DNA of 64,000 bases from Longimicrobiales bacterium (lineage in GTDB: Bacteria > Gemmatimonadota > Gemmatimonadetes > Longimicrobiales > Gaopeijiaceae). The translations under genes were made by a program, and so were the position numbers. The notes beneath the pieces were generated by a model, which was not told the DNA's origin, made no database searches, and saw only the letters and a program-made list of their open reading frames with translations. Shown here in pieces: positions 10,007 to 18,519 of the stretch. The stretch's first letter is position 1, and every line of letters begins with the position of its first letter. The stretch is taken from contig CBDDCX010000005.1 in the NCBI GenBank assembly GCA_965226375.1, positions 160,001 through 224,000 of the forward strand, in the 5' to 3' direction.

Positions 10007-10864
10007 ATGGCCGAGGAGAGAGGCACGAGCCTGACCCGGCGGGAGTTTGAGGCCGTGATCAAGCGCGCATCTGAGCTCTCTACATCGGACCCTGAGGGTG
10101 CCGAGGGCGCTCTCGACGAAGGAGAGCTGTTCCGAATCGCTCGTGAGGTGGGGCTTTCGGACGCCCATGTACAGCGGGCGCTCACCGAGCTACGCACCGC
10201 CGATGATCCGGAAGGTCTGGTCGCTCGTTGGTTTGGATCCGTGACGGTGCGGGTTTCGAGGGTGGTGCCGGGCGACAGGGAGCGCCTTCGGGTCATCATG
10301 GACGAATTCCTCGTGGCGGGGCACTTGCTTCAGCCTGTGCGCCAGGGATCGGACATTCTCCTCTATCGGCCGGCCGTGGACTGGATCTCGAACTTTGCGC
10401 GGGCTGGCGCCTCCATGTCACAGACGGTGTACTGGGCCTCGGCCAAGGAGATCGAGGTTCGACTCACGGAAGTCTACGAAGACACCACACTGGTGGAGAT
10501 CCACGTGGACCCGGGTGTCCGGTCCGACTACACGGCCGGTGCCGTCCTGGGTGGGCTGGCGGCGGGTGGAGGAGTGAGTTTCGGTGTGGCAGCTTTTCTT
10601 GGTGCGGCTCTCGCGGTCCCGATGGTGGGTGCGTGGTCTCTCGGCATCGGTGTGGGTGCGGCAGTGGCGCTCGGAGTGGTCCGTGTCACGGGTCACTACT
10701 CGCGGAAACGTCGAGAGGAAGTCCAGCAGGAGTTGGAGGGGATCCTCGATCGGTTGGAGCGCGGCGATGACCTCTCACCTCCTCCCGCGTCGTGGCGGAG
10801 GTGGGTGACGCGTCAAGCCAGGCGGTTCAAGCTCGAGTTGTCTGGGGATGACGTAGATTTCTAA
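10007..10864 (+). CDS. Hypothetical membrane protein
   Basis: In operon; two C-terminal hydrophobic helices. Confidence 0.75.
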   Translation: MAEERGTSLTRREFEAVIKRASELSTSDPEGAEGALDEGELFRIAREVGLSDAHVQRALTELRTADDPEGLVARWFGSVTVRVSRVVPGDRERLRVIMDEFLVAGHLLQPVRQGSDILLYRPAVDWISNFARAGASMSQTVYWASAKEIEVRLTEVYEDTTLVEIHVDPGVRSDYTAGAVLGGLAAGGGVSFGVAAFLGAALAVPMVGAWSLGIGVGAAVALGVVRVTGHYSRKRREEVQQELEGILDRLERGDDLSPPPASWRRWVTRQARRFKLELSGDDVDF

Positions 10865-10940
10865 GACCGACCTGCGCCCGTCGGTCGTTTCCTGATCTGA
10901 CCCTTGTGGTCGTCGGGGCACCTAATCATCTGGAGGACCA

Positions 10941-11819
10941 GTGAACATAGAAAAAGTAGGCGTCGTCGGTTGCGGTCTCATGGGGAGCGGGATCGCCGAG
11001 GTGGCCGCCAAGTCGGGCTTCGACGTCGTCATTCGTGAAGTCAGCGCCGAATTGATAGAAGCCGGCCAGCGGAAGATCGAGAAGTCACTGGATCGGGCCG
11101 TTGACAAGGGTAAGCTGGAGGCCGCCGACCGGGACGCAGCCTTGGCCCGCATCCGCTTCACCACCGATCTAGCCGACCTCGCTGATCGGGATCTCGTCAT
11201 CGAGGCCATCGTCGAAGACATGGATGCCAAGAACGAGCTCTTTTCGGCACTCGACGAGATCTGCGGGGCCGATACGATCTTCGCCTCGAACACTTCTTCG
11301 CTGCCCATAACGGATATCGCGGCCGCCACGGGTCGTCCCGACAGGGTCGTGGGCCTTCACTTCTTCAACCCTGTGCCCGTGATGAAACTCGTCGAGGTCG
11401 TGCGCACCATCGCCACGAGTGACGAGGCCTTCGACTCGGCGTTCGCTTTCGCAGCCGCGCTTGGTAAAGACCCCATCACGGCCAAGGACAACTCTGGTTT
11501 CGTGGTGAATCTCCTCCTCGTGCCGTATATGCTCGATGCCATACGGCAGCTCGAGCGTGGAGTCGCAAGCATCGTGGATATGGACAAGGCGATGACGCTC
11601 GGTCTGGGATACCCCATGGGACCCTTCGTACTCTGTGATTTCGTTGGGATCGATACGCTCTATCGGATCTCCGAGATCATGTTCGACGAGTATAGGGAGG
11701 AGCGTTATGCCCCCCCTCCGTTGCTGAAGCGCATCGTGGCGCTGGGACGTTACGGGAGGAAGACGGGCCAGGGATTCTACGACTGGTCGGGAGAGCAACC
11801 GACCCCTCTTCCCATCTGA
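10941..11819 (+). CDS. 3-hydroxybutyryl-CoA dehydrogenase
   Basis: GCGLMGSGIA, ASNTSS, GLHFFNPVPVM and YPMGP motifs. Confidence 0.95.
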   Translation: MNIEKVGVVGCGLMGSGIAEVAAKSGFDVVIREVSAELIEAGQRKIEKSLDRAVDKGKLEAADRDAALARIRFTTDLADLADRDLVIEAIVEDMDAKNELFSALDEICGADTIFASNTSSLPITDIAAATGRPDRVVGLHFFNPVPVMKLVEVVRTIATSDEAFDSAFAFAAALGKDPITAKDNSGFVVNLLLVPYMLDAIRQLERGVASIVDMDKAMTLGLGYPMGPFVLCDFVGIDTLYRISEIMFDEYREERYAPPPLLKRIVALGRYGRKTGQGFYDWSGEQPTPLPI

Positions 11820-11870
11820 CATGGTCAAGCGAAGCTTGCCCGGCCTTCGGTCCGTTCCCAGTATTGAAGA

Positions 11871-12662
11871 ATGATCCTCGCTGCCGTCAACGATCCGTTT
11901 CTGCTCCATTCCGTCCGGAGGGCTGCTCTGCCCGCTGAGGACGTGTTCTCTGCTGTAGAGGATGTATCGGCGGCACTCGAGTTGGGCTTCCCGAGAATGT
12001 GTGTCGTCGAGCGGGGTGCGGGCGGAGCGGTGGAGCGGCTCCTCCAGGCCAGAGGCTCCAACCTTCCCGTGCTGGAGGTGGCGCCCCTCGATCTGCCCGG
12101 ACTGCGTCGCTCGGCGTCGGCCATTGCAATTCAGCGTATCGATATGGCTCCGGCCAGGATGCGCCAACTGATCGACGAAGCGGCGCTTCCCGTGACCTGG
12201 GTGGAGGGCCTCCTGCGTGATCTGGGCCGGACGGCGGGACATTCCCTCCCACCCGCACTGAGCGCGCTCGGGCGCAGGACCCTGGAGTTCCCCTCGAGGT
12301 ACGCCCGCCTCGAAGACGTATCCGAGGCGATCGGACTCACGCCGGGAGCGCTCAAGGCGCGTTTCCGACGTCGGGACTTGCCGTCGCCGTTCGCATATAC
12401 GACCCGTCTCCGGGCGCTCTGCGCCAGCGAACTACTGACCCGACACGGCATGACGACGGCCAGGGTGGCGTTCCACCTGGGATACTCCAGCAACGGCAAT
12501 CTTTGTCGCGCGTTCCGCTCGCTGACGGGCCTCACTCTGTCGGAGGCCTCGACCCTGGAGGGACGTTTACACGTTCTGACTCGCATCAGTCGCGAGCTAT
12601 TGACGCCGGCTTATCTGAACCGGTGGGCTGCGTTGGATCCGCTCTGGGTGAGGGCGGCGTAG
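11871..12662 (+). CDS. AraC-family HTH transcriptional regulator
   Basis: C-terminal VAFHLGYSSNGNLCRAFRSLTGLT signature. Confidence 0.8.
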   Translation: MILAAVNDPFLLHSVRRAALPAEDVFSAVEDVSAALELGFPRMCVVERGAGGAVERLLQARGSNLPVLEVAPLDLPGLRRSASAIAIQRIDMAPARMRQLIDEAALPVTWVEGLLRDLGRTAGHSLPPALSALGRRTLEFPSRYARLEDVSEAIGLTPGALKARFRRRDLPSPFAYTTRLRALCASELLTRHGMTTARVAFHLGYSSNGNLCRAFRSLTGLTLSEASTLEGRLHVLTRISRELLTPAYLNRWAALDPLWVRAA

Positions 12663-12689
12663 GAGAGGCGTTGTGGCTCCTCTACGAGA

Positions 12690-12719
12690 AAGAACGGTGA
12701 CCTGAGGGTCACCGTTCTT
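12690..12719. terminator. Bidirectional terminator hairpin
   Basis: Perfect 13-bp stem AAGAACGGTGACC/GGTCACCGTTCTT between convergent genes. Confidence 0.8.
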
Positions 12720-12764
12720 CATTTGTATCGGCTTGCCGGCCTGAGAAAGACCGTGGGTCGGTGC

Positions 12765-12959
12765 CTACCGCTTACCGCGTCGCTGACGCCGTCGCTCTCG
12801 CCGGATGGCGGCTTCACGCTTCCGCTTCCGCTGGGCGCTGGGCTTCTCGTAGAAGCGACGCTTACGAAGCTCCGAATAGAGTCCCGATCGCTGCACTTTA
12901 CGTTTGAACCGTCGGAGCGCTCGCTCGAGGCTCTCGTTGTCCTGAATGGTTACTTCCAA
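12765..12959 (-). CDS. rpsU: 30S ribosomal protein S21
   Basis: [18 protein letters not shown]...[11 protein letters not shown] start after AGGAG. Confidence 0.95.
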   Translation of the reverse strand: MEVTIQDNESLERALRRFKRKVQRSGLYSELRKRRFYEKPSAQRKRKREAAIRRERRRQRRGKR

Positions 12960-13024
12960 GAGAGGTTCTCTCCTCTGGTAAATCTCCAAAGCCAAGAGCC
13001 AAAAAAATAGTGGAGCCGGACCGA

Positions 13025-13751
13025 TCAGGGAAGCCTTCCCTCACGATGGAGGGTATGGGCGTAGAGGAGGTACTCTTCTCGGTGGGCCAGGAAGTCGGCC
13101 GTCCAGACCTCGAAAGGCGGCATGGGTATGCGCATCTCGAGGTACTCCACCACCATCATGGCGAGCTGTAGGCGGTCCTTTGCCCCAAAGTCGACCGCCT
13201 GCCCTTCCAGAATGCTATCTACCGCCGCCTCGAAGTCGTCGGGCCTGAGAAGCGCGATGAAATGGCAGACCTGGTCCAGTCGGTAGGAGGCGTAGAGAGA
13301 CCGTAGTTCCGCCATGTTGGCCTGGCTGGACGGATCGTCGAGACAGCCTCCCGCGGCAGCCGCCATCTCCCGGGAGTTCTCAGAGAGGAGGTTCCGGAAC
13401 CACTTGCGCAGCTTGGGAGATGCTACTTCGTCCCTTTGTTGGGCATGAAGAGCAGAGGAGAACAACGCTCTCAGGAGGGGTCGACCGAGCCCTCTCGCCT
13501 TTTGGTCGATATCCGCCTCGGATGCCTCGATGAAGATATCTGCCGTCCGGACCTCGTCCACCTCGCCTTCACTGTCTCGGGGCCGGAAAGAAAGGTGGCC
13601 GTGCCACTGGTTGTCACGGCCTTGGAAGGTGATGAGGAAGCACGTCACGGCCTTGGAAGGTGATGAGGAAGCACGCCCACTTCTCGCCGTCCGACTCGAG
13701 AAACCCGAGAGAACGTTGGCGAGCGCGATCGATGAGGGCGTGTTCAGCCAA
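13025..13751 (-). pseudogene. Uncharacterised two-domain protein (order B-A), frameshifted by a 31-bp tandem duplication
   Basis: 727 nt minus 31 = 696 nt in frame, giving (M)AEHALIDRARQRSLGFLESDGEKWACFLITFQGRDNQWHGHLSF...MPPFEVWTADF; paralogous to 15197 and 16593. Confidence 0.75.
13613..13674. repeat. Exact 31-bp tandem duplication
   Basis: GTCACGGCCTTGGAAGGTGATGAGGAAGCAC x2. Confidence 0.95.
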
Positions 13752-13894
13752 GTCTTCAGTGGGACGAGGTGCTCAGGAGGCCATGGAGATTGCCGCGCAG
13801 CGGTGCACACCATGATCAACGTCCAAGATGTCCGCACATGTCTGCAGGGGCAAGGAAGACGAGTGCTGAGTTCGGAACGCCAGCGAGAAACGTC

Positions 13895-13924
13895 TTGCCA
13901 GAATGGTAAACATATTGTTATCGT
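13895..13924 (+). promoter_or_regulatory. Putative sigma70 promoter
   Basis: TTGCCA-N18-TATCGT with an extended -10 (TGn). Confidence 0.5.
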
Positions 13925-13930
13925 GAGACT

Positions 13931-14025
13931 CACGGGGCATGAAAAACCCTGAAAGACCGCATCCCACGGCCAATGATGGCTGTTGGGAGCGCAGACGAGG
14001 CCCGGCGAGAATGCCGGGCTTTTTT
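13931..14025 (+). ncRNA. Candidate ~95-nt small RNA
   Basis: Upstream promoter, internal hairpin TCCCACGGCCA-ATGA-TGGCTGTTGGGA, and terminator GGCCCGGC-GAGAAT-GCCGGGCT followed by a T run. Confidence 0.45.
13999..14025 (+). terminator. Rho-independent terminator
   Basis: GC-rich stem followed by T6. Confidence 0.75.
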
Positions 14026-14071
14026 GCCCGGTCAGCCACGGTGTGGCGCCGGTCGGGCGAGACATACCCAT

Positions 14072-14110
14072 AAAAAAAGTGAGAGTCCCGGCTGGCACCG
14101 AGACTCTCGC
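14072..14110 (-). terminator. Rho-independent terminator (minus strand)
   Basis: GAGAGTCTCGG-TGCCAG-CCGGGACTCTC followed by ACTTTTTTT. Confidence 0.75.
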
Positions 14111-14148
14111 TGGAAGACACGGGTGGCGACCCGCTTTTCCTCGTTCGC
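14072..14148 (-). ncRNA. Candidate ~75-nt small RNA
   Basis: Lies between a TTGACA promoter (14155-14184) and the minus-strand terminator; internal hairpin CGGGT-CGCC-ACCCG. Confidence 0.45.
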
Positions 14149-14154
14149 AAAGGA

Positions 14155-14184
14155 AAAGTAAGAGAATCGCCGAACGAGTGTCAA
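14155..14184 (-). promoter_or_regulatory. Putative sigma70 promoter
   Basis: Minus strand TTGACA-N18-TACTTT. Confidence 0.5.
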
Positions 14185-14269
14185 GGGTGTTGTACGCCTG
14201 GGACTCGCGGAATCGCCCCCGTTGGCCGGCCCGCCGGCAGTGGGGGCGTTTTACGCTAGAGGAGACACG

Positions 14270-15181
14270 ATGAACGCGACGACTCTTTCTTTTCAGTCTG
14301 AGGCGCGGCCGGAGGCGATGGCCGATGTGCCCGGAATCTGTGAGCTTCCGCTCACGCGAGCAGTGGTCCAGTACCGAGACCTGCACGAGATTGATCTTCC
14401 TGGTGGCAGGATTCAGGACATCGGGCTTGCGTTGGTGCTCGAAGGGCGCTTTGCGTCTTCGGCAGAGGTGCTCGATCTGGGGAGTTCGACGGTCAAAATG
14501 CTCGATCTCAGTTCGGAATTGGTCGTGCTGGACTGGGTGTACGAGCCGACCTTGGAGCATGTGAACGGGCTCATCAGGGAGCGTGCCGTCGGCGAGACCG
14601 ACGAGCACGGTGGTCGACTGAGCACCTACTGCTTCCAAATGGCGTTGAGCCTGCTGGGTCGTGTGGGATATGGTGCGCTGACCCGGCCCTCCATCCTCAG
14701 AATCGGCTTTCGTGACATCTGCCGAGACCTGGACTTCCACGAAGGCACCTCCGTGCGCATCGTCGCGGGAGAGCACCGGATCACGCGGGCCTACCTGGAC
14801 TACGACGCCAACTCGCTGATCTTCCGTGCCCCCTCCCCAGAGCCGGACGCGATCTTGGAAGCCGCGGTTCTCGAAGCGTTTCCCCACAGCGAAGTGTTGC
14901 GAGTCACCGAAGCCCACGAAGGCGGTTCGGTGCAGTATCAGGTGCGCCTCAACCTTCCGGTGACCTTGGCCGAGGCTCGTGAAGAGCTCCAGACCATCCG
15001 GCGGGGCCTGGGCCGGCTTCTGGCCCGCTTTGAACCTGGCCGCTTCGAGGCTGTCGAACACCACCTGTCCACGTTCGGCTCTCGTGAGACCCTGGCCCGT
15101 CTTTCCATTCGCGAGCGTCGTGTGAAGTCGGTCCCACTTCGTACCCACGCCGCCACGGTCGGTGGCGGGACCGTGCACTAG
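14270..15181 (+). CDS. Hypothetical protein (303 aa)
   Basis: GAGGAG RBS before ATG; globular-looking sequence with no recognised motif. Confidence 0.8.
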   Translation: MNATTLSFQSEARPEAMADVPGICELPLTRAVVQYRDLHEIDLPGGRIQDIGLALVLEGRFASSAEVLDLGSSTVKMLDLSSELVVLDWVYEPTLEHVNGLIRERAVGETDEHGGRLSTYCFQMALSLLGRVGYGALTRPSILRIGFRDICRDLDFHEGTSVRIVAGEHRITRAYLDYDANSLIFRAPSPEPDAILEAAVLEAFPHSEVLRVTEAHEGGSVQYQVRLNLPVTLAEAREELQTIRRGLGRLLARFEPGRFEAVEHHLSTFGSRETLARLSIRERRVKSVPLRTHAATVGGGTVH

Positions 15182-15196
15182 GTCCTCCGCGTACCC

Positions 15197-15796
15197 ATGG
15201 CGATGCAACTCGACGGAGTTCGAGGGGTCAGACCCCGTCTCCATGCGGGTCCTGGGGGACCGCGGACAGGCACGGCGTTGAGGCGGCAGTACCGGGAGTA
15301 CTGTCGGTGGCAGGCCGCCGGTCTTGTCGAGTTGGTGCCGGCCGAGGGTGTGCGCCCGCTATATCGACAGGCCCGGGAGTGGGCGATGAGCCGCGGGGTA
15401 CACGAGTCGAAGGATCCGATGGCTACTCTCCATCATTTTTGCCGCGAGCTTCTGCCGTTGCCGTCGTTCGACGTCTGGTTGGCGGACTACGAAAGCCATC
15501 GTCTCGCGCATCTCAAGGCGGGTCTGCCCTATCCACCTTCCGGTGAACCCTCGGAGCCCGTTACGGTGGAGCTCAGAAAAGTGGAGCACGCGTCGGATTG
15601 CTGGCAGGCTTCCCTCGACGTCTATCGAGACGGCAACGTCTGGCGAGGATACATTCGCTTCCATCGGGGTTCCGCCGAGGCACACGTACGTACGGGCGAC
15701 ATCTTCTGCGAGGAGGAGCTCCAGGACCTCCGCGACCGCTTTCTTTCCTTCACGTCGGCCACGCTGGCGGCCTTCCTCCGGTCGATTCTTCCGTAG
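15197..15796 (+). CDS. Uncharacterised two-domain protein (order A-B)
   Basis: LRRQYREYCRWQ...LPSFDVWLADY followed by WQASL...WRGYIRF...VRTGDIFCE. Confidence 0.8.
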   Translation: MAMQLDGVRGVRPRLHAGPGGPRTGTALRRQYREYCRWQAAGLVELVPAEGVRPLYRQAREWAMSRGVHESKDPMATLHHFCRELLPLPSFDVWLADYESHRLAHLKAGLPYPPSGEPSEPVTVELRKVEHASDCWQASLDVYRDGNVWRGYIRFHRGSAEAHVRTGDIFCEEELQDLRDRFLSFTSATLAAFLRSILP

Positions 15797-15797
15797 C

Positions 15798-15817
15798 TCA
15801 TTTTTTGCAAAAAATGA
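15798..15817. promoter_or_regulatory. Perfect 20-bp AT-rich palindrome (candidate operator)
   Basis: TCATTTTTTGCAAAAAATGA. Confidence 0.5.
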
Positions 15818-16021
15818 ACCGGCATCCAGACACCGATTCTCGGTGACCTCAACTCCGTAAGTGCCCATCGTTGCTGGTTTTCTAAACGGGAGAATCAAGA
15901 AACAGCGGTGTCGTGGATCAGTGAGGAACAGTTGGTTTCGTCCCAAAAGCCATATTCATAAGTCATTGTAACACAATGGGTTACAAGATCTAGTTGGGCA
16001 CACGACAATTTTAGAAAAGGC

Positions 16022-16050
16022 TTGCGTCCCTGGAAAGTGACCTGTATACT
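16022..16050 (+). promoter_or_regulatory. Sigma70 promoter
   Basis: TTGCGT-N17-TATACT. Confidence 0.65.
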
Positions 16051-16169
16051 GGAGTCGCCTCAAGAAAATAATTCGTCCTTCCGGACGACGTTTGGTTTGC
16101 GCTGGGATCATCCGATTCCAGCTAACATTCCAAGAAATTTCAACTACAAACCAGGGGAGAGGTGTGCGT

Positions 16170-16373
16170 ATGTGGGAGACCTGCTCCGTTCAGCTCAACG
16201 TCCAACTTCCTCGCGATATCGCGGAGCAGGCTGAAGAAGTTCAAAAGACGGATCCGGAGTTTCTGAGCCGGGTCGTGCTATATGGACTCACCCGCCGGTC
16301 GATCTATCGTCACCTGCGCGAACGGGGCCAGGGTCAGGACAGCGGAGACGCACAGACGCAACTGGCGACCTGA
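16170..16373 (+). CDS. Small protein, possibly ribbon-helix-helix DNA-binding
   Basis: GGAGAGGT RBS; alternating VQLNVQLP strand followed by two helices. Confidence 0.65.
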   Translation: MWETCSVQLNVQLPRDIAEQAEEVQKTDPEFLSRVVLYGLTRRSIYRHLRERGQGQDSGDAQTQLAT

Positions 16374-16592
16374 GGAACCTCACTTGCCGTAGCTCCGCTA
16401 CGGACCCCTCTCGGTGCCTCTCCTTGAGTACTCGCGAACCCTGGCGAGAGCCCACCGATTCGAACCGACTCCCCGCCCGGACTTGACTCTCCCGGGGTAC
16501 CCCTACTAATACGTAACCACAAGACGGGCCTGCATTTGCGCGCCGAATGACGGTACGCATGGCGAGCCTGAGAGTCATTCGGGAGGCCGGGC

Positions 16593-16943
16593 GTGAGTGA
16601 CGCCGATCCCAAGACCCCCCCTCACGGACAAAAAAGCGAGACTGACTTGGTCTTGCGGTCGAAGTATCTGGAGTACTGTTCGGCACAGGTAGCCGAGCAT
16701 CTTCTGTTGCTGTCACCCGACGAGATCTATCTGCTCGCCGAAGAAGCCCATCGCTTGGCTGGAGGCCAGGGCGAACCCACGTACGAGCGTATGGTCCATC
16801 TGGCTACATCAGGCGTCTCGCGCCGTCTGGCGTTGCCGCCTTTTGATGCCTGGGCGGAGGACTATGCTCGCAACCCGGCACAGTACGAGGCTCAATTCCT
16901 GGGGCTTTGGGAGAGCGAGCTGAGAGAGGCGCTCGACTCATGA
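16593..16943 (+). CDS. Uncharacterised single-domain protein (domain A only)
   Basis: GGAGG RBS before GTG; LRSKYLEYCSAQ...LPPFDAWAEDY. Confidence 0.8.
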   Translation: MSDADPKTPPHGQKSETDLVLRSKYLEYCSAQVAEHLLLLSPDEIYLLAEEAHRLAGGQGEPTYERMVHLATSGVSRRLALPPFDAWAEDYARNPAQYEAQFLGLWESELREALDS

Positions 16944-16990
16944 ACTCCCCTCTGCGAGCCCCGAGGCTCCTTTAGGACGGTAGTCGTCGC

Positions 16991-17425
16991 CTAGAACGGC
17001 AAGTCGTCGTCCGGCTCCGCGATCGGGGCGGATGGCGACTGGCTCGGCGCCGGCGCTCCTCCTCCAAACCCACCACCACCATCACCGCCGCCGCCGGTGG
17101 ACCCCAGCATCACCATCTCGGAAACTACGATGTCGGTCCAATATCGCGTTTGGCCGTCCTTTTCCGTCTGCGAGTACTCGACGCGGCCCTCGGCGTAGAG
17201 GCGATCACCCTTCTTCACCCACTGCTCTACGATATCGACGAGCCGACCGAAGAAGGTGAGCCGGTGCCACTCGGTTTTTTCCTGCTGCTGTCCCGAGCCG
17301 TCTTTCCACTGCCGATTGGTGGCCAGCGACAACTTCGCGACGCGACTACCCGACGAGGTGGCGCGAATCTCAGGTTCGCTTCCGACGTTACCGATGAGCA
17401 TGACCTTGTTGAGGGACCGGCTCAT
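16991..17425 (-). CDS. ssb: Single-stranded DNA-binding protein
   Basis: SLNKVMLIGN...EKTEWHR...DDDLPF. Confidence 0.97.
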   Translation of the reverse strand: MSRSLNKVMLIGNVGSEPEIRATSSGSRVAKLSLATNRQWKDGSGQQQEKTEWHRLTFFGRLVDIVEQWVKKGDRLYAEGRVEYSQTEKDGQTRYWTDIVVSEMVMLGSTGGGGDGGGGFGGGAPAPSQSPSAPIAEPDDDLPF

Positions 17426-17615
17426 TTCAGAGTACTCCTTGGCGTTCATGCGGGGTGCGATCCGGCTCGGAGGCCGGGCGGAGCCCAAAGTATCAAAGGC
17501 CGGAACGAGGCGCTATGCCCGGGTGGCGGCGCTTGGACCCCCCTCCTAGTTTTCCCCTTGCCGGCGCCGGCGAATGGCGCCTTCCGAAGCAATTCTGAAA
17601 CAACCGAGTCGGCCT

Positions 17616-18401
17616 ATGAGTGACCTTCAATTCATCCGTGTCGAGTGGGACGGAGATCTGGCCGTTGTGGTGATCGACCGTCCGGACAAACTGAACGCAT
17701 TGAACGCCGAGGTGGTCCGGGAGCTCGGCGATGTCTTCCGTGACCTCCGCGACGACGACGACGTGAGGGGAGTCATCCTTACCGGGGCAGGCGACAAGGC
17801 ATTCGTGGCAGGCGCCGACATCGGCGAGCTCGCGAAGATGAGCCCACTGAGCGGCGTCCAGGTGAGCCGCGACGGTCAGCGGATCTTCTCCGAGATCGAG
17901 CGCTTTCCCAAGCCGGTTCTCGCTGCTGTTGGAGGCTACGCACTCGGTGGCGGATGCGAACTCGCCTTGGCGTGCCACCTTCGAGTAGCGAGCGAGAATG
18001 CCCAATTCGGACTCCCGGAAGTGGGCCTCGGAATCATTCCGGGTTACGGGGGAACTCTGAGGCTATCCCGACTCGTGGGGCTGGGCAGGGCCGTAGAGCT
18101 GACGCTTACCGGGGCGATGCTCGATGCCCAGAAGGCGGAGCGAATCGGGCTCGTCAGCGCCGTGTACCCCCAGGAGGAACTCTTGGACCGGGCCAAGGAC
18201 TTTGCTCGTGGCATCACCAAGAACGGTCCGGTCGCCGTTCGGATGGCCTTGGAGGCCATCTACCTCGCCCAGGATTCGGCCCCGGCCGATGCTCAGAGCT
18301 TCGAATCGGCCCTCTTCGGCTTGCTCGCGTCGACGGGTGATATGAAGGAGGGTATGACCGCGTTCCTCGAGAAGAGGAAACCGGCATTCGAGGGGAAGTG
18401 A
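17616..18401 (+). CDS. Enoyl-CoA hydratase (crotonase)
   Basis: LNALN, AFVAGADI, GGGCELALAC and FGLPEVGLGIIPG motifs. Confidence 0.93.
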   Translation: MSDLQFIRVEWDGDLAVVVIDRPDKLNALNAEVVRELGDVFRDLRDDDDVRGVILTGAGDKAFVAGADIGELAKMSPLSGVQVSRDGQRIFSEIERFPKPVLAAVGGYALGGGCELALACHLRVASENAQFGLPEVGLGIIPGYGGTLRLSRLVGLGRAVELTLTGAMLDAQKAERIGLVSAVYPQEELLDRAKDFARGITKNGPVAVRMALEAIYLAQDSAPADAQSFESALFGLLASTGDMKEGMTAFLEKRKPAFEGK

Positions 18402-18519
18402 GCGTGGCGCCGAAAACGGGCGCGCCATAAGGGGTTTCGGCTTCTTCGGGGGCTGGCTGGCAACCCCGGGAATCGTTAAATTCCTCTATGCTTGAAAGGC
18501 CCTTTTCGGCGTCCGCGCC

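Noticed and set aside
13613..13674. Possible CRISPR repeat
   Set aside because: Only two adjacent copies, no spacer and no cas genes.
13773..13775. In-frame TGA upstream of the B-A gene as selenocysteine/readthrough
   Set aside because: No SECIS-like element or homology support; the TTG at 13751 explains the gene.
13939..14073. 44-aa ORF MKNPERPH... as a leader peptide
   Set aside because: No clear RBS, runs through a terminator, and shows no amino-acid bias.
13025..15244. 739-aa minus-strand ORF
   Set aside because: Mostly the antisense shadow of the 14270 gene and intergenic DNA. Only the 3' part is the real B-A gene, reached because of the 31-bp duplication.
15797..16169. Possible oriC (AT-rich, near ssb/recF/gyrB)
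   Set aside because: No DnaA-box cluster seen; better explained as a promoter region.
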